A DNA stretch of 32,000 nucleotides from Archaeoglobus fulgidus DSM 4304 (GTDB taxonomy: Archaea > Halobacteriota > Archaeoglobi > Archaeoglobales > Archaeoglobaceae), in assembly GCF_000008665.1 (NCBI RefSeq), contig NC_000917.1, positions 1,590,001 to 1,622,000 of the forward strand. Reading direction: 5' to 3'. This document shows, in pieces, positions 8,544 to 17,373 of this stretch; within the stretch, counting starts at the first letter, position 1; the number at the start of each line of letters is the position of its first letter. The position numbers and the translations under genes are program-made. The notes beneath the pieces were generated by a model, which made no database searches, was not told where the DNA came from, and saw only the letters and a program-made list of their open reading frames with translations.

Positions 8544-9515
8544 ATGGTAAAAGTTGTAAGTTTTTCTCCAATCGCCGAGCCCCTGCTGAAGGGGCTGATT
8601 GGCTCAGTCTATTCCGGAGAAGTTGAGGTTGTTGTTATAGGTGAATACGACGAGCGACGAATTCTCGAAGCGGTGAGGGATGCGGATATTGTTATAGGGG
8701 ACTACACCTTCAAAATACCGATTACTGAAGAGATGATGAGAGCTATGGAGAAAGTCAAGCTCATTCAGCAGCCCTCGACTGGATACAACAACATCGACGT
8801 AGAGGCTGCAAAGAAGCTGAGCATAACCGTTGCAAACGTTGGGGGAGTAAACGCCTTGAGTGTTGCGGAGCATACGGTAATGTTCGCTCTCGCTTTGCTC
8901 AGGAGGCTAATCTATGCCCACAACAGCGTTTTAAGCGGTAGGTGGGAGCAGGATGAGATGGCAAACCTCGGAGTTTACGAGCTTCACGGCAAAACGTGGG
9001 GCATCATCGGTATGGGGGCCCAGGGCAGGGAGGTTACCAAAAGACTTCAGGGCTGGGGTGTCAAAATCATCTACCACGACGTGAGGAGGGCTGAGGACAT
9101 CGAAGAGTATGGAGTGGAGTTCAGAGATTTCGATGCGCTGCTCAGAGAGGCGGACATCGTCAGCCTTCACGTTCCACTTACGGAGGAAACGAGGGGTATG
9201 ATAGGCGAAAGAGAGCTGAAAATGATGAAGAACTCTGCAATTCTGATAAACGTTGCGAGAGGGGAAGTTGTTGACGAGAATGCTCTTGTAAGGGCCATAA
9301 AGGAGAGGTGGATTGCAGGAGCCGCTCTCGACGTCTTCGCCAAGGAGCCCCCTGAGGGGAGCGAGCTGCTTGAGCTTAAGAGCCACAACGTCATTTTCAC
9401 GCCCCACATAGCCGGAGCGACGAATGAGGCGAGGCTCAGGATAATAAGGGAGGCGATGGAGAACATTGGAAGGGCGCTGAGGGGAGAGGAGGTTAAGCAC
9501 GTCGTTAGCAGGTGA
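8544..9515 (+). CDS. D-isomer specific 2-hydroxyacid dehydrogenase (phosphoglycerate-dehydrogenase-like)
   Basis: GKTWGIIGMGAQGREVTKRLQGWG Rossmann motif, INVARGEVVDENAL, NVIFTPHIAG. Likely start is ATG 8544 rather than the track's 8502. Confidence 0.93.
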   Translation: MVKVVSFSPIAEPLLKGLIGSVYSGEVEVVVIGEYDERRILEAVRDADIVIGDYTFKIPITEEMMRAMEKVKLIQQPSTGYNNIDVEAAKKLSITVANVGGVNALSVAEHTVMFALALLRRLIYAHNSVLSGRWEQDEMANLGVYELHGKTWGIIGMGAQGREVTKRLQGWGVKIIYHDVRRAEDIEEYGVEFRDFDALLREADIVSLHVPLTEETRGMIGERELKMMKNSAILINVARGEVVDENALVRAIKERWIAGAALDVFAKEPPEGSELLELKSHNVIFTPHIAGATNEARLRIIREAMENIGRALRGEEVKHVVSR

Positions 9516-9519
9516 GATT

Positions 9520-11157
9520 ATGGACGCTGCACACGCTGTTGCGGAATGCTTGAAGAATTTTGGTGTTGGAAGGGTTTACGGCATTATCGGCACGTCTATT
9601 GTTGACTTCGTCGATGCGCTTTACGATTACAGGGAGGAGATAAGGTACATCTCCTGCCGTCACGAGCAGGTTGCCGCCTCGATGGCCGATGCCGAAGGAA
9701 GGCTGACGGGCTTTCCGGGAGTCAGTTTAGTTCACGCCGCCCCCGGCACACTCAACGCAGCCATAGGCGTTGCCAACGCCTACAAGGACGGCTCACCCAT
9801 GGTGGTGATTTCGGGAGGGGCTAAGAGGAAGCTCTACGGAAAGAACACGATGCTCGAGGTTGACCAGCAGTCCGTAATGAGGCCGATAACCATGGCGACT
9901 TTCAGGGTTGAGGATGCGGCAAAAGCTCAGAGCATCATTGCCAAGGCATTCTCCATCGCCGTCAGGGAGTGCGGGCCCGTTTATGTGGAATTTGCTGAGG
10001 ATGTTTGGCTTGAAGAGAGTAGCAGCGAGGATGTCAGAATTGAGGCCGAGAAACCTAGGGCAGGTGATGCCGAAATCGAGAGCGTTGCTGAAATGCTCAG
10101 GGAAGCTAAGAAACCGCTGATACTTGCAGGATTCGGTGTGAACAGCGAGGAAGGGAGCGAGCTTCTAACGCAGCTTGTAGAGAAGACGTCGATACCCGTC
10201 GCCACAACGGGCAACGGTAGAGGGGCGTTGGATGATAATCACAGGCTCTGCTTGGGCAGAGCAGGCTTCGGAGGGGGGAGCATCCATGCTGATGAGGCTT
10301 TGAGAAACTCGGACTTCCTGCTCTGCCTCGGCTGCCAGCTCACGGACGTCACAACCTACGGCTACAACTGGATGCCGTCCGGAAAGGTTGTTGCAGTCAC
10401 GCTTGACAGGGAGGCGGGGAAGAAGCTGAACTACGCGCTTGTAAGCTACAGTGACGCGGTTGATTTTCTCAGAAGGCTTATTGAGAAAGTTGAAGGTTAC
10501 AGAGCGCCTGAAAGCTGGCTGCACGAAATCGAAGTCTGGAGAAAGAGCTGGGAGCAAATGGTTGAGAATGCCGTGAACATGGAGTACAAAGGCTTTGCAA
10601 ACCCCGCAAAGTTCTTCAAGAAGCTCAATGAGGCTCTACCTGAAAATGCCGTTGTTTCGGCAGGACAGGGGATGCATGTGCTGTACCCTCAGGCCTACGT
10701 GAAGGCGAGGAGGCCGAGAAGCTACTTGGCGGCAACGAATCACGGTGCCATGGGCTTCGGATTTCCCGCTGCAATGACCGCAGCGCTTCTCGGCTACACC
10801 GCCATAGCAGTGGTTGGTGATGGAGAGTTCATGATGACTGTGCAGGATTTGGAGACGGCGGTGAGGGAAAGTATTCCCGTAAAGGTCGTTGTCGTCAACG
10901 ACAACTCATACAGGGTGCTCTACTTCAGGCAGAAGGTTCAGAAAATGGGAAGGGTTTACGGTACACTCCACACAAATCCCGACTTCGCCGAGCTGGCGGG
11001 AGTTTTTGGCGCTGACGGAGTTACTGTCAGCTCGGACTCCCAAATAGAGGATGCGATAGGGGAGATGCTTAACTCGGAAAGGCCGTTCGTCCTCGACCTG
11101 CGCATCTCTCCCGACTGCTTCGCGCCCTTCAACCCTCAGCCAAGTGTGAGGATGTAG
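9520..11157 (+). CDS. Thiamine-pyrophosphate-dependent enzyme (acetolactate synthase/benzoylformate decarboxylase-like)
   Basis: SCRHEQVAASMADAEGR, AAPGTLNAAIGVANAYKDGSPMVVISG, GAMGFGFPAAMTA, TPP motif AVVGDGEFMMTVQDLETAVRESIPVKVVVVNDNSY. Confidence 0.92.
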   Translation: MDAAHAVAECLKNFGVGRVYGIIGTSIVDFVDALYDYREEIRYISCRHEQVAASMADAEGRLTGFPGVSLVHAAPGTLNAAIGVANAYKDGSPMVVISGGAKRKLYGKNTMLEVDQQSVMRPITMATFRVEDAAKAQSIIAKAFSIAVRECGPVYVEFAEDVWLEESSSEDVRIEAEKPRAGDAEIESVAEMLREAKKPLILAGFGVNSEEGSELLTQLVEKTSIPVATTGNGRGALDDNHRLCLGRAGFGGGSIHADEALRNSDFLLCLGCQLTDVTTYGYNWMPSGKVVAVTLDREAGKKLNYALVSYSDAVDFLRRLIEKVEGYRAPESWLHEIEVWRKSWEQMVENAVNMEYKGFANPAKFFKKLNEALPENAVVSAGQGMHVLYPQAYVKARRPRSYLAATNHGAMGFGFPAAMTAALLGYTAIAVVGDGEFMMTVQDLETAVRESIPVKVVVVNDNSYRVLYFRQKVQKMGRVYGTLHTNPDFAELAGVFGADGVTVSSDSQIEDAIGEMLNSERPFVLDLRISPDCFAPFNPQPSVRM

Positions 11158-11191
11158 CAAAGGTTAAATTGTGCCGAGTCTAAGAGATGCC

Positions 11192-12505
11192 ATGAAGCTT
11201 TCACCACTTTTTGTTTTGCTTCTCGCTCTTCTCATCGCTCCAGTCAATGCAGCCGAGCTTAGGGTGGCGAAGGTTGAGGTGAGGGGAGAGATAAACCAGG
11301 GAACGTATCTGACTCTGCAGCACGCGTACGATTTTGCTTTGAGGGAGAGGTTTGACGTCCTCTTCGTTGTTCTCGACACTCCCGGAGGGCTGCTTAGCTC
11401 AACCCAGAAGATAGTCAAGATGTTCCTAAACAGCGAGGTTCCCGTTGTCGTTTTTGTCCCGAGGGGGGCTATGTGTGCCTCGGCAGGCTCAATCATCCTT
11501 TTATCATCGCACATTGCGGTGATGGCTGACGGAACGGCGGTGGGGGCAGCCACACCTGTAAGCGTGGGATTTGCAAGCGCTGAGGTTGAGAACAAGACCG
11601 TGAACTACATTGCGGGTTATGTTAAGGACATTGCAAGGGAGAGGGGGAGGAATGAGGGTGTTGCGGAGAAGTTCGTGACTCAGGCTTTAACGCTGACAGC
11701 AAAAGAAGCTCTGGAGCAGGGAATAATCGACTACATTGCAAACACGGAGGGTGAGGCCATTGAGGGCCTTAAGGGGAGAAGCGCGGAGATCGACGGAAAG
11801 CTTGTAACATTCGAGTTCGACACCTACAGAGTTATTGAGGTCAAGAAGCCGCTGCAGGCCAGCATTTACGAGATAATCTCGAGCCCGCAGCTCGCGGCGA
11901 TTCTCCTCCTTCTCGGAATCTACCTTCTAATCTTCGGCCTCACATCCCCCGGACTCGTGCCCGAGACTGTTGGAGCTATCTGCCTTATTCTGGCTTTAGC
12001 AGGACTTGGGGTGATTGGGATAAATCACCTCGGCCTGCTCCTCATCGTTTTGGGCGTAATTTTCCTCTTTGCCGAGCTAATGACACCAACCTATGGCGTT
12101 CTCGGTGCTGCCTCGGTGGTTTCGGTTGTACTCGGGCTTCTCATTCTCTTCAACGAACCTTTAATGCCTGAGTCCTTCTACGATGCCTTTCCCAAGTTCG
12201 TTGCAGGGATGGGAATCGGGCTTGGAGGAATAATGACCTTCATGATCATCAAGATTGCTCAGATCAGAAAGAAGAAGAGCAGCGTTGGAGAGGTCGTTGG
12301 GGAGAAAGGGGAGGTTCTGGAGTTCTCCAACGGCAGAGGATTCGCAAGAGTCAGAGGGGAAATCTGGAAGGTCGTGAGCGATGAAGAGCTTGAAAAGGGC
12401 GATGAGGTTGAGGTAATTGCTAGAGAAGGTCTTACGCTGAGGGTGAGGAAGATTGGTGGAGGAGGAACTGAGAAGGGAGACGCTGAAGTGGCTGGAGAGA
12501 ATTGA
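11192..12505 (+). CDS. NfeD-type membrane-bound ClpP-class serine protease
   Basis: Signal-peptide-like N-terminus MKLSPLFVLLLALLIAPVNA, LDTPGG, catalytic-Ser region CASAGSIILLSSH, four to five TM helices, C-terminal NfeD OB-like domain. ATG 11192 preferred over GTG 11171. Confidence 0.92.
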   Translation: MKLSPLFVLLLALLIAPVNAAELRVAKVEVRGEINQGTYLTLQHAYDFALRERFDVLFVVLDTPGGLLSSTQKIVKMFLNSEVPVVVFVPRGAMCASAGSIILLSSHIAVMADGTAVGAATPVSVGFASAEVENKTVNYIAGYVKDIARERGRNEGVAEKFVTQALTLTAKEALEQGIIDYIANTEGEAIEGLKGRSAEIDGKLVTFEFDTYRVIEVKKPLQASIYEIISSPQLAAILLLLGIYLLIFGLTSPGLVPETVGAICLILALAGLGVIGINHLGLLLIVLGVIFLFAELMTPTYGVLGAASVVSVVLGLLILFNEPLMPESFYDAFPKFVAGMGIGLGGIMTFMIIKIAQIRKKKSSVGEVVGEKGEVLEFSNGRGFARVRGEIWKVVSDEELEKGDEVEVIAREGLTLRVRKIGGGGTEKGDAEVAGEN

Positions 12506-12686
12506 GGAAAGGGTGAAGGAGATTGAGGGCGATGAGGGGTTCATGAGGAACATAGAGGCCTACATCAGCGACTCCCGGTATTTTCTGGAGAAGGGGGATT
12601 TAGTCAGAGCATTCGAGTGCGTTGTCTGGGCGTGGGCGTGGCTCGAAATCGGGTTGGAGGTTGGAAAGCTGCATGAAACTGCGTAA
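12453..12686 (+). CDS. DUF357-family small protein
   Basis: [37 protein letters not shown] matches the DUF357 pattern. Overlaps both neighbouring genes; start uncertain. Confidence 0.82.
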
Positions 12687-13407
12687 AAGCCTCGGACAGC
12701 ACATGCTCGTGGACAGGAGAGTCATTTCAAGGATTGTGGGGTATGCGGAGCTTTCTGAAGACGATGTGGTTCTGGAAGTGGGTTGCGGGACGGGCAATCT
12801 CACCTCAGCACTCCTTAGAAAATGCAGCGTTGTGGGGATTGAGAAGGACCCGTTGATGGTTAAAAGGCTGAGAGAAAGATTTTCAGATTTCATAGGGAAG
12901 GGCAGGTTCAGGCTTATACAGGGAGACGCGCTGAAAGTGGACTTTCCTTACTTTACGAAGTTCGTGGCGAACATACCCTACAAGATATCCTCCCCTCTTA
13001 CATTCAAGCTTCTGAAGACCGACTTCAGGCTTGCAGTCGTGATGTATCAGCGCGAGTTTGCTGAGAGGCTCTGCGGTGAAGACAACAGGCTCGGAGTTAT
13101 ATCGAAAACCTACTGCAAGGCGGAGATACTGGAAATAGTAAAGCCAAGCAGCTTCAACCCACCCCCGAAGGTTGAATCGGCGATAGTCCGCATAGTACCC
13201 GAGCCGGAGGTTTTTGTAGAGAACAGGGAGCTTTTTGAGAAATTTGTCACCTTCGCTTTCAGCATGAGAAGGAAGAGGATGGGGAAGATAGTGCAGGAGT
13301 TCAGAAAGAGATACGGTGTGGAGTTAGCAGTGAATAAAAACTTGGCCGAAAAAAGGCCTGAGGAGCTCGGAGCGAGGAAGTTTGCGGAGATTGTGGTGGG
13401 AGAATGA
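12673..13407 (+). CDS. ksgA: rRNA adenine N6,N6-dimethyltransferase (KsgA/Dim1)
   Basis: [56 protein letters not shown] 12673 overlaps the DUF357 end. Confidence 0.96.
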
Positions 13408-13937
13408 TTTACGAGCCGGCTGAGGACAGCGAACTTTTGCTTGAGGCTGCGTTGAGGGAGCTCAAGCCCGACGATGAGGTCATTGAAGTAGGTGCGGGGA
13501 GCGGGTTCGTTGCTGAGAGGCTTAAAGGAAAATGCAAATGCATTCTGACAACAGACATCTCACCCTTCGCCGCCATGGAGCTGAGGAGGAAGGGCCTTGA
13601 TGTTGTGATGACGGACATTGCGAAGGGGATAAGGAAGAAGTTCAGCCTTGTTCTGTTCAACCCTCCCTACGTGGAGCTTGAGGATGAGCTGAGAAGAGGA
13701 GACTGGCTTGATGTTGCCATTGACGGCGGTAAGAAGGGGGTTAAGGTAATCAAAAAGTTTCTGGACTCGCTCGACGAGATAATGGCTGAAAGAGGGAGGG
13801 CAATCTTAATTGCATCCTCTCAGAACGAGCCGGACGTTTTTGATTTAATTGATGAGAGGGGATTTAGATACGAAATCGTTGGAGAGAGGGGACTTTTCTT
13901 TGAGAAGCTCTTTGCTATCAAAATCTGGAAAGAATGA
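13404..13937 (+). CDS. HemK/PrmC-Mtq2-like (glutamine) methyltransferase
   Basis: [43 protein letters not shown] (NPPY). ATGA overlap with ksgA. Confidence 0.92.
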
Positions 13938-14493
13938 CGAGTTTTTTGACACTTTCGTCAACCCTGAATTTGCCCAGCGGAGTTTCAACCTCGTCGTCCA
14001 CAACGCTTACAATTTCTCCCGGCTTAAGGCCGATTTTTGCCAGGTATGACGGGGCTACGATGACCTCGTACTCCCCCTCGGTGGCGTCTGATAGACTGAG
14101 GTACTCCTGGGTGCAGCTCTCGCAAACCTCACAATTTCCAGAAATTATTCTGCACACCCTGACGAATGCATCTTCTGTAATGTGGTGCTCCAATTCGCAG
14201 CTCAGCTTTTCTGCAAGCTCGTCCTGTATGCCGAGGTAGTCCTTAAAGAAGTGGTAGAGAGCGAGATAGTACTTCTTAATTCTCCTTGCAAGCTCTTCCC
14301 CCTTTCTTGTAAGCTTTGCTCCTTTGTACGGCTGATAGTCCACGTATCCCATATCTCTGAGTTTTATTAGCATCTCCGTAACGCTGGATGGTTTTACGTT
14401 GAGGATTTTTGCAAGTTCACCTGTTTTTGCAACCTTGCTCGTCTCCTCCTGAATGTCGTAAATCGCCTCAAGGTACTCTTCTATCCTCTCCAT
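13918..14493 (-). CDS. DtxR/MntR-family metal-dependent transcriptional regulator with C-terminal FeoA/SH3-like domain
   Basis: [17 protein letters not shown]...[48 protein letters not shown]-terminal ...[13 protein letters not shown]. Confidence 0.93.
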
Positions 14494-14546
14494 TGCTATA
14501 TTTTAGGTGGGGCTAATTAAATAACACTTTCGCGTTTTTGCAAAGT

Positions 14547-15080
14547 CTATGGCTCGAACCTCTCGCTTGAGTTGGTTGTGAAGTTCTTTCCGAAGCTTGC
14601 GTGCATGACGAACTTGTAGTTTATGTCCGGTTTTCCGTCTTTGAAGGCATCGCCGTGAGTTACGTGAAGTATTTCTCCTACAAACAGTGTGTGGTCTCCC
14701 GTCTCGACCTCCTTCACCACCCTGCACTCAAGGTTTGCCTGACACTCTTTGATTGAAGGCACCTTAACCTTCTTTGACTCGACCAGCGTCAGGCTGAGCT
14801 TTTCCATCTTGTTCTCCTTCGCTCCGCTCAGCGTTCCAGCCTTCCACACGTCCTTGAGAAGCTCAATTGTTGGAACGGCGACCACGAACTCCCCGCACTC
14901 TTTTATTAGCGAATGCGTGTACCTGCTGTGTCCAATAGCCACTCCGAGAAGCTGCGGACTGAAGGACAGAGGCACAACCCAGTCAGCAGTCATTACATTC
15001 GGCTTCTCAACACCCGAAACTATCAAATACGTTCTGAGCGGATACAGGTACTCCAGCATGTTCACCACCTCACTCCTCAC
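14547..15080 (-). CDS. Flavin reductase-like/flavoredoxin family flavoprotein
   Basis: TADWVVPLSFSPQLLGVAIGHSRYTHSLIKECGEFVVAVP, GTLSGAKENK, HTLFVGEILH. Overlaps the upstream HTH gene by about 11 nt (an alternative ATG lies at 15059). Confidence 0.88.
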   Translation of the reverse strand: MRSEVVNMLEYLYPLRTYLIVSGVEKPNVMTADWVVPLSFSPQLLGVAIGHSRYTHSLIKECGEFVVAVPTIELLKDVWKAGTLSGAKENKMEKLSLTLVESKKVKVPSIKECQANLECRVVKEVETGDHTLFVGEILHVTHGDAFKDGKPDINYKFVMHASFGKNFTTNSSERFEP

Positions 15081-15999
15081 AGCTCTTTTCTTTCAGAAGG
15101 GAGATAAAGTCCTTCGCGCTGCTGACGGAGTAAAGCTCCTCTTTTAAGACAAAAACAACAGATTCAACCTTCTTCTTGCAGGCCTTGTCGGTGATGTACG
15201 CAGCCTCAGCATCTATCGCTTCTGATATCCTTCCGAGGAGCCTTGCCCTTTTCTCAATCTCCCTAACCTGCTTGAATCCCGTAAGAATCTGATCCTCTTT
15301 AGCCTGCGAGACTGCATCGAAGGGAGCCTGCCTTACCGGATACACCGAAAGCCCAATAACTCTAAGCTGCTCTATTATCTCCCCTTCCTCCCCCTCAACC
15401 TCTTCCTCCTCGCTAATGTCAGCCTCAACAAAGTTGAGCAGGTCTATTTCCTTTATCGCAAAGGTACCGATGATTTCCTCAATTTTTGCTGCCGTCGAAA
15501 GAGTGGTGTCCGTCCCCTCTTCGTACTTCTTTACAGTCCTCCTCGAAACTCCGAGCATCTTTGCCATGTCTCCTACGCTAAGTCCTAACCTCTCCCTCGC
15601 CTCCCTTATTCTCTCGCTGTCGAGCTTCACGTAGTAACCGCCGGGAGCGGAGTAAACGTAGGGGTAAATCCCCTCCACGATGAAGTCGTAGAAGGTGGCG
15701 AGGTTGATTACCGGTAAGCCGTAGCGTGTGTAAACAACACCCCTCTCAAGAAAGTCGAACTTGAACCTCTCCCCGATAACGATGGGGCTTGCCTGAAGGA
15801 TTTTCGTCAGCTTCTTCATCTCTTCCGCCGCCTCAGGTTTGAGAGAGTCCACATTGTAGAGTACTTTTATGAGCAAAACCACGTCATCTTTTCTCGCCAC
15901 GATATCGAAGCATCTCGGCTTAGTCTCAGCTAAGTCTGCAACGGAAAATTCAGCCTTCTGAAGGATCTTGACGACTGATTCTATCAGGGCGGCGTACAT
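15070..15999 (-). CDS. Conserved archaeal HTH-type (XRE-like) regulator with extra N-terminal domain
   Basis: Central HTH: RERLGLSVGDMAKMLGVSRRTVKKYEEG. N-terminal ~120 aa alpha/beta domain containing FDIVARKDDVVLLIKVLYNVD. Confidence 0.86.
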   Translation of the reverse strand: MYAALIESVVKILQKAEFSVADLAETKPRCFDIVARKDDVVLLIKVLYNVDSLKPEAAEEMKKLTKILQASPIVIGERFKFDFLERGVVYTRYGLPVINLATFYDFIVEGIYPYVYSAPGGYYVKLDSERIREARERLGLSVGDMAKMLGVSRRTVKKYEEGTDTTLSTAAKIEEIIGTFAIKEIDLLNFVEADISEEEEVEGEEGEIIEQLRVIGLSVYPVRQAPFDAVSQAKEDQILTGFKQVREIEKRARLLGRISEAIDAEAAYITDKACKKKVESVVFVLKEELYSVSSAKDFISLLKEKSCEE

Positions 16000-16032
16000 C
16001 TACAATGATGTATATGAGTTTCTATATAAGAT

Positions 16033-16764
16033 TTATGTCCTCTGGATTTTCTCTTCCCAGACCTTTTTAACAGCTTCCTCAACAATTTTGAGGCATTCTC
16101 TCGCATTTTCCTTAGCCTTCTCAACTATTTCCCTGTAATCGATGCTCTGGTTCTTTATTCCGTGGGCGTAGTTATCCATCGTGCAGACGATGGCGTAACT
16201 CAGTCCAAGCTCTCTGGCTATGGTTGCCTCGCTCCCTGCGGTCATGCCCACGCAGTCTGCGAAGCTCTTTATCATCGCAATCTCGGCCTTGGTTTCAAGT
16301 CTCGGGCCTCGCGTCTGGAAGTAAACTCCTTTGTCAATCACCGGAAAGCTTGAAATTTTTCTTGCAACTTCAACAAGCACCTCTCTGAGATACTCGTCAA
16401 ACCCGGGCGTGACGTGGACGAGCGAGTCGTTGTAAATAGTAACGCCGCTGAAGAAGTCGATGTAATCGTGGGGGATGATGAGGGATGGCAGGCTGTACTC
16501 TTCCCTGAGAGCTCCAACGGAGCCCATGCCGATGACGTATTTAACGCCGAGCGACTTCAGGGCGTAGAAGTTAGCGGCATGGTTTATTCTGTGAGGCGGC
16601 TTGTCCTTTCTCTTCCCGTGCCTTTGAATTATTGCCACGTCAATGCCATCAACCCTTCCAACATCGATTTCCGCTGTTCCGTAGGGAGTCTCAATTCTCG
16701 TCTCCTCAACATCTTTCAGAACCTTAATTTCGAGAATGTGCGTGCCCCCGATTATGCCGATCAT
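16033..16764 (-). CDS. mtnP: 5'-methylthioadenosine / S-methyl-5'-thioinosine phosphorylase family
   Basis: IGIIGGTHI, QRHGKRKDKPPHRINHAANFYALKSLGV, TRGPRLETKAEI, VGMTAGSEATIARELGLSYA. Confidence 0.93.
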   Translation of the reverse strand: MIGIIGGTHILEIKVLKDVEETRIETPYGTAEIDVGRVDGIDVAIIQRHGKRKDKPPHRINHAANFYALKSLGVKYVIGMGSVGALREEYSLPSLIIPHDYIDFFSGVTIYNDSLVHVTPGFDEYLREVLVEVARKISSFPVIDKGVYFQTRGPRLETKAEIAMIKSFADCVGMTAGSEATIARELGLSYAIVCTMDNYAHGIKNQSIDYREIVEKAKENARECLKIVEEAVKKVWEEKIQRT

Positions 16765-17372
16765 TCGCTCAGCCTCCAGTAAACCCTACCTCCCTCAGTT
16801 CTCTTTTCTATCAGGCCCTTCAGCTCCATGAACTCGAGCACGTCCTCAAATTTTCCGGGGAAAACGGCCTCAAGGGAGTGAATGTTTAACCCCCTCTCGG
16901 AAACGATTCTTCTGAGTTTTGACTGGCTCATCTCCCCTTCTTCACGCAGTATCTCGGAAATGAGGCTAGAAATGTCCTCAAAAACGTTCCACGGGAAGAT
17001 AACCCAGTAGTATTCGGTAAGGTAGTCGCCGAGGTAGTCCGGAATGAAGTCTGACTTTTCCAGCATCAGAAGGGATGCTGTCCTGACCTCATCACCCTCA
17101 ACAAGCTCTAAAGCCCTGCTCATCGTCTTTCCCGTGTTGATGAAGTCATCAACCACCAGCAGCCTGCTACCCCCGACCTTTTCTTTGCCGTCTTTCACGT
17201 CCAGGCAGACGATCCTGGAAACCCCAAGGTAGTCGCTTAGCAAACTTCCAACGAAAATGCCGCCCTTGGCGAGCGCGACAATTCTTTCGGGGATGAACTT
17301 GTCTTCCACGATCTCAAACGCAATTTTCCTGCAGAGGCTTTCCACGTATCTCCAGCTCAGAACGAGGTACAT
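16761..17372 (-). CDS. Phosphoribosyltransferase with C-terminal winged-helix-like domain
   Basis: IVALAKGGIFVGSLLSDYLG and PRPP loop LLVVDDFINTGKTM. C-terminus SQSKLRRIVSERGLNIHSLEAVFPGKFEDVLEFMELKGLIEKRTEGGRVYWRL looks wHTH. ATG at 17372 preferred over 17381. Confidence 0.88.
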   Translation of the reverse strand: MYLVLSWRYVESLCRKIAFEIVEDKFIPERIVALAKGGIFVGSLLSDYLGVSRIVCLDVKDGKEKVGGSRLLVVDDFINTGKTMSRALELVEGDEVRTASLLMLEKSDFIPDYLGDYLTEYYWVIFPWNVFEDISSLISEILREEGEMSQSKLRRIVSERGLNIHSLEAVFPGKFEDVLEFMELKGLIEKRTEGGRVYWRLSE

Positions 17373-17373
17373 T

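Noticed and set aside
8931-9500. 189-aa minus-strand ORF inside the 2-hydroxyacid dehydrogenase
   Set aside because: Antisense overlap with a strong family match; composition not protein-like.
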